From Eimeria praecox (Eukaryota): a DNA stretch of 64,000 bases. Shown here in pieces: positions 36,901-48,130 of the stretch. The position numbers and the translations under genes were made by a program. Each line of letters begins with the position of its first letter. Within the stretch, counting starts at the first letter, position 1. The stretch spans positions 9,052,001-9,116,000 of the forward strand of contig OY986946.1 in assembly GCA_963920595.1 (NCBI GenBank), written 5' to 3'. The notes below the pieces were generated by a model that was not told the DNA's origin, did no database searches, and saw nothing but the letters and a program-made list of their open reading frames with translations.

Positions 36901-39900
36901 GCTAGGTGGTGCACTTGGGAGAGGGTAGCGGGGGTGGTTTGATGAGGCAACGAGTACCGAATCTTCTTTATTTGCATGCGTTGTGTATGGGTATGTTTCA
37001 CACGTGTGTGTAGGGTATGTATTGAGGGATGTGGCAATGAGTTGTAATGTTAGTAGGTTTTGAGTTGGTGTGGTAAGAGACTGAACGTTGCAAAGGGAGG
37101 GGGACAAGTGTCCGAACCAGGAATTGAACCTGGGTTTACACGGCCACAACGTGTTGTCCTAACCTCTAGACGATTCGGACCAGTGGTCCACAAGCACAGC
37201 TCGGCGTGTCGTGCGTGGCGCCAAACACAAACAGCCAGCAGAGGCGAGTAGGGTCAGGCGTGGATTGCACACAGTAAGTTCAAAGAGCCGTTGCAAACAG
37301 GGCAGCAGAGATGACCCATGCTGTGTTAACGGCGCATTTGGCAACAGGATGCGTGCAAGGATAGGGTCCAACTGTACTCGGGAAGATAGCAAGGTGTCTG
37401 GAGGGCGTGGGTGGTGAGGGGTGTGACTGTTGGTCCGAATCGTCTAGAGGTTAGGACAACACGTTGTGGCCGTGTAAACCCAGGTTCAATTCCTGGTTCG
37501 GACACATTGGCGCGAGGCAAAACGGTTTTTTGCATTCCTCCTTGCCTCGCTAGTGTGCGCAATGTGGGCCAAACGAGTCGCCTGTCCAGACCACTACGCT
37601 CGACGTCAAGAAGTGCAGTCTTATGCAGGCAGGCGGCTCTGGCATTGTTTCTTTTGCACCGATTGTAATGGCGATAGGTTTGACGAGATTGTGCATTGGA
37701 TTGGTTGTGATGGCTTTAGTGGAATTTGTGTGAGGCTTAGAGGGGACAGCGGAGTTTTGTGTGCATGGCTAGGTGGTGCACTTGGGAGAGGGTAGCGGGG
37801 GTGGTTTGATGAGGCAACGAGTACCGAATCTTCTTTATTTGCATGCGTTGTGTATGGGTATGTTTCACACGTGTGTGTAGGGTATGTATTGAGGGATGTG
37901 GCAATGAGTTGTAATGTTAGTAGGTTTTGAGTTGGTGTGGTAAGAGACTGAACGTTGCAAAGGGAGGGGGACAAGTGTCCGAACCAGGAATTGAACCTGG
38001 GTTTACACGGCCACAACGTGTTGTCCTAACCTCTAGACGATTCGGACCAGTGGTCCACAAGCACAGCTCGGCGTGTCGTGCGTGGCGCCAAACACAAACA
38101 GCCAGCAGAGGCGAGTAGGGTCAGGCGTGGATTGCACACAGTAAGTTCAAAGAGCCGTTGCAAGCAGGGCAGCAGAGATGACACATGCTGTGTTAACGGC
38201 GCATTTGGCAACAGGATGCGTGCAAGGATAGGGTCCAACTGTACTCGGGAAGATAGCAAGGTGTCTGGAGGGCGTGGGTGGTGAGGGGTGTGACTGTTGG
38301 TCCGAATCGTCTAGAGGTTAGGACAACACGTTGTGGCCGTGTAAACCCAGGTTCAATTCCTGGTTCGGACACATTGGCGAGAGGGGAAACCGTTTTTTGC
38401 CTTCCTCCTTGTCTCACTGGTGTGTGCAGTGTGGGCCAAACCACTGGCCGGTCCAGACCACTGCGCTCGACGTCAAGAGGTGCAGTCTTATGCAGACAGG
38501 CGTCTCTGGCATTGTTTCTTTTGCACCGATTGTAATGGCGATAGGTTTGACGAGATTGTGCATTGGATTGGTTGTGATGGCTTTAGTGGAATTTGTGTGA
38601 GGCTTAGAGGGGACAGCGGAGTTTTGTGTGCATGGCTAGGTGGTGCACTTGGGAGAGGGTAGCGGGGGTGGTTTGATGAGGCAACGAGTACCGAATCTTC
38701 TTTATTTGCATGCGTTGTGTATGGGTATGTTTCACACGTGTGTGTAGGGTATGTATTGAGGGATGTGGCAATGAGTTGTAATGTTAGTAGGTTTTGAGTT
38801 GGTGTGGTAAGAGACTGAACGTTGCAAAGGGAGGGGGACAAGTGTCCGAACCAGGAATTGAACCTGGGTTTACACGGCCACAACGTGTTGTCCTAACCTC
38901 TAGACGATTCGGACCAGTGGTCCACAAGCACAGCTCGGCGTGTCGTGCGTGGCGCCAAACACAAACAGCCAGCAGAGGCGAGTAGGGTCAGGCGTGGATT
39001 GCACACAGTAAGTTCAAAGAGCCGTTGCAAACAGGGCAGCAGAGATGACCCATGCTGTGTTAACGGCGCATTTGGCAACAGGATGCGTGCAAGGATAGGG
39101 TCCAACTGTACTCGGGAAGATAGCAAGGTGTCTGGAGGGCGTGGGTGGTGAGGGGTGTGACTGTTGGTCCGAATCGTCTAGAGGTTAGGACAACACGTTG
39201 TGGCCGTGTAAACCCAGGTTCAATTCCTGGTTCGGACACATTGGCGCGAGGCAAAACGGTTTTTTGCATTCCTCCTTGCCTCGCTAGTGTGCGCAATGTG
39301 GGCCAAACGAGTCGCCTGTCCAGACCACTACGCTCGACGTCAAGAAGTGCAGTCTTATGCAGGCAGGCGGCTCTGGCATTGTTTCTTTTGCACCGATTGT
39401 AATGGCGATAGGTTTGACGAGATTGTGCATTGGATTGGTTGTGATGGCTTTAGTGGAATTTGTGTGAGGCTTAGAGGGGACAGCGGAGTTTTGTGTGCAT
39501 GGCTAGGTGGTGCACTTGGGAGAGGGTAGCGGGGGTGGTTTGATGAGGCAACGAGTACCGAATCTTCTTTATTTGCATGCGTTGTGTATGGGTATGTTTC
39601 ACACGTGTGTGTAGGGTATGTATTGAGGGATGTGGCAATGAGTTGTAATGTTAGTAGGTTTTGAGTTGGTGTGGTAAGAGACTGAACGTTGCAAAGGGAG
39701 GGGGACAAGTGTCCGAACCAGGAATTGAACCTGGGTTTACACGGCCACAACGTGTTGTCCTAACCTCTAGACGATTCGGACCAGTGGTCCACAAGCACAG
39801 CTCGGCGTGTCGTGCGTGGCGCCAAACACAAACAGCCAGCAGAGGCGAGTAGGGTCAGGCGTGGATTGCACACAGTAAGTTCAAAGAGCCGTTGCAAGCA

Positions 39901-42900
39901 GGGCAGCAGAGATGACACATGCTGTGTTAACGGCGCATTTGGCAACAGGATGCGTGCAAGGATAGGGTCCAACTGTACTCGGGAAGATAGCAAGGTGTCT
40001 GGAGGGCGTGGGTGGTGAGGGGTGTGACTGTTGGTCCGAATCGTCTAGAGGTTAGGACAACACGTTGTGGCCGTGTAAACCCAGGTTCGATTCCTGGTTC
40101 GGACACATTGGCGCGAGGCAAAACGGTTTTTTGCATTCCTCCTTGCCTCGCTAGTGTGCGCAATGTGGGCCAAACGAGTCGCCTGTCCAGACCACTACGC
40201 TCGACGTCAAGAAGTGCAGTCTTATGCAGGCAGGCGGCTCTGGCATTGTTTCTTTTGCACCGATTGTAATGGCGATAGGTTTGACGAGATTGTGCATTGG
40301 ATTGGTTGTGATGGCTTTAGTGGAATTTGTGTGAGGCTTAGAGGGGACAGCGGAGTTTTGTGTGCATGGCTAGGTGGTGCACTTGGGAGAGGGTAGCGGG
40401 GGTGGTTTGATGAGGCAACGAGTACCGAATCTTCTTTATTTGCATGCGTTGTGTATGGGTATGTTTCACACGTGTGTGTAGGGTATGTATTGAGGGATGT
40501 GGCAATGAGTTGTAATGTTAGTAGGTTTTGAGTTGGTGTGGTAAGAGACTGAACGTTGCAAAGGGAGGGGGACAAGTGTCCGAACCAGGAATTGAACCTG
40601 GGTTTACACGGCCACAACGTGTTGTCCTAACCTCTAGACGATTCGGACCAGTGGTCCACAAGCACAGCTCGGCGTGTCGTGCGTGGCGCCAAACACAAAC
40701 AGCCAGCAGAGGCGAGTAGGGTCAGGCGTGGATTGCACACAGTAAGTTCAAAGAGCCGTTGCAAACAGGGCAGCAGAGATGACCCATGCTGTGTTAACGG
40801 CGCATTTGGCAACAGGATGCGTGCAAGGATAGGGTCCAACTGTACTCGGGAAGATAGCAAGGTGTCTGGAGGGCGTGGGTGGTGAGGGGTGTGACTGTTG
40901 GTCCGAATCGTCTAGAGGTTAGGACAACACGTTGTGGCCGTGTAAACCCAGGTTCGATTCCTGGTTCGGACACATTGGCGCGAGGCAAAACGGTTTTTTG
41001 CATTCCTCCTTGCCTCGCTAGTGTGCGCAATGTGGGCCAAACGAGTCGCCTGTCCAGACCACTACGCTCGACGTCAAGAAGTGCAGTCTTATGCAGGCAG
41101 GCGGCTCTGGCATTGTTTCTTTTGCACCGATTGTAATGGCGATAGGTTTGACGAGATTGTGCATTGGATTGGTTGTGATGGCTTTAGTGGAATTTGTGTG
41201 AGGCTTAGAGGGGACAGCGGAGTTTTGTGTGCATGGCTAGGTGGTGCACTTGGGAGAGGGTAGCGGGGGTGGTTTGATGAGGCAACGAGTACCGAATCTT
41301 CTTTATTTGCATGCGTTGTGTATGGGTATGTTTCACACGTGTGTGTAGGGTATGTATTGAGGGATGTGGCAATGAGTTGTAATGTTAGTAGGTTTTGAGT
41401 TGGTGTGGTAAGAGACTGAACGTTGCAAAGGGAGGGGGACAAGTGTCCGAACCAGGAATTGAACCTGGGTTTACACGGCCACAACGTGTTGTCCTAACCT
41501 CTAGACGATTCGGACCAGTGGTCCACAAGCACAGCTCGGCGTGTCGTGCGTGGCGCCAAACACAAACAGCCAGCAGAGGCGAGTAGGGTCAGGCGTGGAT
41601 TGCACACAGTAAGTTCAAAGAGCCGTTGCAAGCAGGGCAGCAGAGATGACACATGCTGTGTTAACGGCGCATTTGGCAACAGGATGCGTGCAAGGATAGG
41701 GTCCAACTGTACTCGGGAAGATAGCAAGGTGTCTGGAGGGCGTGGGTGGTGAGGGGTGTGACTGTTGGTCCGAATCGTCTAGAGGTTAGGACAACACGTT
41801 GTGGCCGTGTAAACCCAGGTTCGATTCCTGGTTCGGACACATTGGCGCGAGGCAAAACGGTTTTTTGCATTCCTCCTTGCCTCGCTAGTGTGCGCAATGT
41901 GGGCCAAACGAGTCGCCTGTCCAGACCACTACGCTCGACGTCAAGAAGTGCAGTCTTATGCAGGCAGGCGGCTCTGGCATTGTTTCTTTTGCACCGATTG
42001 TAATGGCGATAGGTTTGACGAGATTGTGCATTGGATTGGTTGTGATGGCTTTAGTGGAATTTGTGTGAGGCTTAGAGGGGACAGCGGAGTTTTGTGTGCA
42101 TGGCTAGGTGGTGCACTTGGGAGAGGGTAGCGGGGGTGGTTTGATGAGGCAACGAGTACCGAATCTTCTTTATTTGCATGCGTTGTGTATGGGTATGTTT
42201 CACACGTGTGTGTAGGGTATGTATTGAGGGATGTGGCAATGAGTTGTAATGTTAGTAGGTTTTGAGTTGGTGTGGTAAGAGACTGAACGTTGCAAAGGGA
42301 GGGGGACAAGTGTCCGAACCAGGAATTGAACCTGGGTTTACACGGCCACAACGTGTTGTCCTAACCTCTAGACGATTCGGACCAGTGGTCCACAAGCACA
42401 GCTCGGCGTGTCGTGCGTGGCGCCAAACACAAACAGCCAGCAGAGGCGAGTAGGGTCAGGCGTGGATTGCACACAGTAAGTTCAAAGAGCCGTTGCAAGC
42501 AGGGCAGCAGAGATGACACATGCTGTGTTAACGGCGCATTTGGCAACAGGATGCGTGCAAGGATAGGGTCCAACTGTACTCGGGAAGATAGCAAGGTGTC
42601 TGGAGGGCGTGGGTGGTGAGGGGTGTGACTGTTGGTCCGAATCGTCTAGAGGTTAGGACAACACGTTGTGGCCGTGTAAACCCAGGTTCGATTCCTGGTT
42701 CGGACACATTGGCGCGAGGCAAAACGGTTTTTTGCATTCCTCCTTGCCTCGCTAGTGTGCGCAATGTGAGCCAAACGAGTCGCCTGTCCAGACCACTACG
42801 CTCGACGTCAAGAAGTGCAGTCTTATGCAGGCAGGCGGCTCTGGCATTGTTTCTTTTGCACCGATTGTAATGGCGATAGGTTTGACGAGATTGTGCATTG

Positions 42901-45778
42901 GATTGGTTGTGATGGCTTTAGTGGAATTTGTGTGAGGCTTAGAGGGGACAGCGGAGTTTTGTGTGCATGGCTAGGTGGTGCACTTGGGAGAGGGTAGCGG
43001 GGGTGGTTTGATGAGGCAACGAGTACCGAATCTTCTTTATTTGCATGCGTTGTGTATGGGTATGTTTCACACGTGTGTGTAGGGTATGTATTGAGGGATG
43101 TGGCAATGAGTTGTAATGTTAGTAGGTTTTGAGTTGGTGTGGTAAGAGACTGAACGTTGCAAAGGGAGGGGGACAAGTGTCCGAACCAGGAATTGAACCT
43201 GGGTTTACACGGCCACAACGTGTTGTCCTAACCTCTAGACGATTCGGACCAGTGGTCCACAAGCACAGCTCGGCGTGTCGTGCGTGGCGCCAAACACAAA
43301 CAGCCAGCAGAGGCGAGTAGGGTCAGGCGTGGATTGCACACAGTAAGTTCAAAGAGCCGTTGCAAGCAGGGCAGCAGAGATGACACATGCTGTGTTAACG
43401 GCGCATTTGGCAACAGGATGCGTGCAAGGATAGGGTCCAACTGTACTCGGGAAGATAGCAAGGTGTCTGGAGGGCGTGGGTGGTGAGGGATGTGACTGTT
43501 GGTCCGAATCGTCTAGAGGTTAGGACAACACGTTGTGGCCGTGTAAACCCAGGTTCGATTCCTGGTTCGGACACATTGGCGCGAGGCAAAACGGTTTTTT
43601 GCATTCCTCCTTGCCTCGCTAGTGTGCGCAATGTGGGCCAAACGAGTCGCCTGTCCAGACCACTACGCTCGACGTCAAGAAGTGCAGTCTTATGCAGGCA
43701 GGCGGCTCTGGCATTGTTTCTTTTGCACCGATTGTAATGGCGATAGGTTTGACGAGATTGTGCATTGGATTGGTTGTGATGGCTTTAGTGGAATTTGTGT
43801 GAGGCTTAGAGGGGACAGCGGAGTTTTGTGTGCATGGCTAGGTGGTGCACTTGGGAGAGGGTAGCGGGGGTGGTTTGATGAGGCAACGAGTACCGAATCT
43901 TCTTTATTTGCATGCGTTGTGTATGGGTATGTTTCACACGTGTGTGTAGGGTATGTATTGAGGGATGTGGCAATGAGTTGTAATGTTAGTAGGTTTTGAG
44001 TTGGTGTGGTAAGAGACTGAACGTTGCAAAGGGAGGGGGACAAGTGTCCGAACCAGGAATTGAACCTGGGTTTACACGGCCACAACGTGTTGTCCTAACC
44101 TCTAGACGATTCGGACCAGTGGTCCACAAGCACAGCTCGGCGTGTCGTGCGTGGCGCCAAACACAAACAGCCAGCAGAGGCGAGTAGGGTCAGGCGTGGA
44201 TTGCACACAGTAGATCGAGAGGGCTGTTGTACGGAGGTAAGCAGGCGTGAGGCGGGGTGTGTTGAAGACGCATTTGGCAACAGGATGCGTGCAAGGATGG
44301 GGTCCAACTGTACTCGGGAAGATAGCAAGGTGTCTGGAGGGCGTGGGTGGTGAGGGGTGTGACTGTTGGTCCGAATCGTCTAGAGGTTAGGACAACACGT
44401 TGTGGCCGTGTAAACCCAGGTTCGATTCCTGGTTCGGACACATTGGCGCGAGGCAAAACGGTTTTTTGCATTCCTCCTTGCCTCGCTAGTGTGCGCAATG
44501 TGGGCCAAACCAGTCGCCTGTCCAGACCACTACGCTCGACGTCAAGAAGCGCAGTCTTATGCAGGCAGGCGGCTCTGGCATTGTTTCTTTTGCACCGATT
44601 GTAATGGCGATAGGTTTGACGAGATTGTGCATTGGATTGGTTGTGATGGCTTTAGTGGAATTTGTGTGAGGCTTAGAGGGGACAGCGGAGTTTTGTGTGC
44701 ATGGCTAGGTGGTGCACTTGGGAGAGGGTAGCGGGGGTGGTTTGATGAGGCAACGAGTACCGAATCTTCTTTATTTGCATGCGTTGTGTATGGGTATGTT
44801 TCACACGTGTGTGTAGGGTATGTATTGAGGGATGTGGCAATGAGTTGTAATGTTAGTAGGTTTTGAGTTGGTGTGGTAAGAGACTGAACGTTGCAAAGGG
44901 AGGGGAACAAGTGTCCGAACCAGGAATTGAACCTGGGTTTACACGGCCACAACGTGTTGTCCTAACCTCTAGACGATTCGGACCAGTGGTCCACAAGCAC
45001 AGCTCGGCGTGTCGTGCGTGGCGCCAAACACAAACAGCCAGCAGAGGCGAGTAGGGTCAGGCGTGGATTGCACACAGTAGATCGAGAGGGCCGTTGTACG
45101 GAGGTAAGCAGGCGTGAGGCGGGGTGTGTTGAAGACGCATTTGGCAACAGCATGCGTGCAAGGATAGGGTCCAACTGTACTCGGGAAGATAGCAAGGTGT
45201 CTGGAGGGCGTGGGTGGTGAGGGGTGTGACTGTTGGTCCGAATCGTCTAGAGGTTAGGACAACACGTTGTGGCCGTGTAAACCCAGGTTCGATTCCTGGT
45301 TCGGACACATTGGCGCGAGGCAAAACGGTTTTTTGCATTCCTCCTTGCCTCGCTAGTGTGCGCAGTGTGGGCCAAACCAGTCGCCTGTCCAGACCACTAC
45401 GCTCGACGTCAAGAAGTGCAGTCTTATGCAGGCAGGCGGCTCTGGCATTGTTTCTTTTGCACCGATTGTAATGGCGATAGGTTTGACGAGATTGTGCATT
45501 GGATTGGTTGTGATGGCTTTAGTGGAATTTGTGTGAGGCTTAGAGGGGACAGCGGAGTTTTGTGTGCATGGCTAGGTGGTGCACTTGGGAGAGGGTAGCG
45601 GGGGTGGTTTGATGAGGCAACGAGTACCGAATCTTCTTTATTTGCATGCGTTGTGTATGGGTATGTTTCACACGTGTGTGTAGGGTATGTATTGAGGGAT
45701 GTGGCAATGAGTTGTAATGTTAGTAGGTTTTGAGTTGGTGTGGTAAGAGACTGAACGTTGCAAAGGGAGGGGGACAAG

Positions 45779-45850
45779 TGTCCGAACCAGGAATTGAACC
45801 TGGGTTTACACGGCCACAACGTGTTGTCCTAACCTCTAGACGATTCGGAC
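45779..45850 (-). tRNA. tRNA-His(GUG), last minus-strand copy
   Basis: Same 72-nt sequence, at 26705+867x22. Confidence 0.95.
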
Positions 45851-46102
45851 CAGTGGTCCACAAGCACAGCTCGGCGTGTCGTGCGTGGCGCCAAACACAA
45901 ACAGCCAGCAGAGGCGAGTAGGGTCAGGCGTGGATTGCACACAGTAGATCGAGAGGGCTGTTGTACGGAGGTAAGCAGGCGTGAGGCGGGGTGTGTTGAA
46001 GACGCATCTGGCAACAGCATGCGTGCAAGGATAGGGTCCAACTGCACTCGGGAAGATAGCAAGGTGTCTGGAGGGCGTGGGTGGTGAGGGGTGTGACTGT
46101 TG

Positions 46103-46174
46103 GTCCGAATCGTCTAGAGGTTAGGACAACACGTTGTGGCCGTGTAAACCCAGGTTCGATTCCTGGTTCGGACA
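46103..46174 (+). tRNA. tRNA-His(GUG), last plus-strand copy (T-loop variant TTCGATT)
   Basis: Same cloverleaf. The A-to-G T-loop change is common among plus-strand copies of the 867 block. Confidence 0.95.
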
Positions 46175-46719
46175 CATTGGCGCGAGGCAAAACGGTTTTT
46201 TGCATTCCTCCTTGCCTCGCTAGTGTGCGCAGTGTGGGCCAAACCAGTCGCCTGTCCAGACCACTACGCTCGACGTCAAGAAGTGCAGTCTTATGCAGAC
46301 AGGCGTCTCTGGCATTGTTTCTTTTGCACCGATTGTAATGGCGATAGGTTTGACGAGATTGTGCATTGGATTGGTTGTGATGGCTTTAGTGGAATTTGTG
46401 TGAGGCTTAGAGGGGACAGCGGAGTTTTGTGTGCATGGCTAGGTGGTGCACTTGGGAGAGGGTTGTTTTGGGGCTTTGAAGAGGCGAAGAGTACCGAATC
46501 TGCTTTATATGCTTGCGTTGTGTATGATTGTGGTTCACATGCGTTTGAAGGTTATGTATTGAGGGATGTGGCAATGCGTTTGAGTGTCAGTAGTTTTGAG
46601 TTATTAAAGATAGAGCAACAACAACAGCAACATTGGCAAGAGAGGCCGCTGCAGCAGACAGTGCTGACGCAACCCAGGGTGAAACACGGTTGCAGGGCCT
46701 GCTTTATGTGGTTTGCTGC

Positions 46720-48130
46720 CTAGCGCCCTCAACAGCCCCTGAAGCCACAACGCGCCGTTTGACCTCCTGAGAGCAATGCCTGCTGCCTCTAAGTGTAATT
46801 TGTACAATACGTGCTCCATTGGGTCCTTCAAGCAAACTATCATGGCAGCGCGGGCGCGTCATACGGCAGCCACTGCTTCCTCACTTCTCTATACCCTCGC
46901 TGCTCGTGTTAGTTGAAGCTGTCTAAACGTTCCTCCCTGCAGCCGCTGTCTCTTCAAGCTCTGTCGAGCAGCTGCTTCCTCCTCAACATATGCTGCTTAC
47001 AGCACCTTGGGGCTTTTCGAAGCAGAAACCATTATCAGTAGGTGCTGCTGCTTAGGGTCCCGCGAAAGCTCTTGCCTTATAGGAAAGATGGAAAAGGGTC
47101 TATATTGTTTCTGGAGCCGTGAAGCGACAGCGTTTTGCTGTATGACCCCTTCACGGCCTGCATATGGGGGGAGTTTCAACCTATTATTGATTGAAGTGTC
47201 CTAACATCGCTGGGAGCTATCAGCTCTCTCTAGCAATTACTTGATAAAAAACGGGGAAACCATGCATACAACCTGTTCCCTCAATGCGGCTCCTAGGTGG
47301 ATTCCGCACCTACTTCAAGCCAAACATGCTGCTGCTGTGGGAAGGCACCCCAAAGCGCAGCAGGTGTCGCTGAGGCCTGTTTCTAATGCTTCTGCTGCTG
47401 GCGCTCGAGGTCAAGAATACACAGCAAGGGAATGCAACGACGAGTTTCTGGATCCATCCAGGCCACTACATGCTCTTTGCCCAATCTGCCGTTCGACGGG
47501 ACGATAGCTCTAATTGTGCTGTCGCTGCAGCTGCTGCTGTTGCCTTGGTCCACCTCCTGTAGCCCAGCTACAGCAAAAATGCACAGCGTTGCCTTCAATA
47601 TTTTTGCACCAGGCCTCTGTTAAGCTGCAAATGAAGCACCCGCTCTCCCCCAGCTGCGGAGATGTGCGCTTTGGGGTATAGGAGGCCTGCGGCATTGAGC
47701 TTCCAGATGAAGATACACTGACCGATTCGTTGCACAAAGCCAACAGCGGCACACGTGCGTCACAGAACAACCTTCAGTGCACCTCCGGTTGGTGTTCAGC
47801 GTATGTTTGCGCTTGGGGCCGAAGCTTGCTCGGCAGGAAGAGCTGGCCCTTAAGGTGCACGCAGAACCCGAACCCGAATTAAAAGCGGCAGCAAAGGGAT
47901 GAATGCAAATGCGTGCATGCATGCAAACAAAAATAGGCATGCAAACAAGCATGCAGCAACTAGATATGTGCAAGCGCATTCGCTGAGAAAAAAAAAAGTG
48001 TGAACCTAGCAATTCGGTGGAAGCAACGAAGCAGCAACTGCATGCTCGTGAGGCATTCGCACATTCACCGAAGAGATGCGCGACAACTGCAGTAGCACGC
48101 ATAGCTGTGCTACTGCAGTTGTCGCGTGCA
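46720..48130 (-). pseudogene. Copy 1 of a decayed duplicated segment, probably once protein-coding; product unknown
   Basis: Collinear similarity to about 50950-52620, e.g. ttgcccaatctgccgt at both loci. Minus-strand peptide TIRAIVPSNGRLGKEHVVAWMDPETRRCIPLL. In-frame stops occur in adjacent aligned parts. Boundaries are approximate. Confidence 0.45.

Larger units (their letters stand above)
26501..46602. repeat. Tandem tRNA-His gene array, 867-bp unit type (23 units), ending in a diverged partial unit
   Basis: + tRNA at 27029+867j (j=0..22, last 46103); - tRNA at 26705+867j (last 45779). The divergent spacer is 5 bp longer (252 bp) and carries many diagnostic substitutions. Similarity to the unit decays from about 46463 and stops near 46602. 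Confidence 0.97.

Noticed and set aside
1..46602. CRISPR array or tRNA-derived SINE
   Set aside because: Spacers are near-identical rather than unique, there are no cas genes, and the DNA is eukaryotic. The tRNAs are intact, with no tails or target-site duplications.
33..46723. Hundreds of 60-166 aa ORFs repeated through the array
   Set aside because: They overlap tRNA genes in several frames on both strands, have no recognisable domains, and gain or lose stops between unit types.
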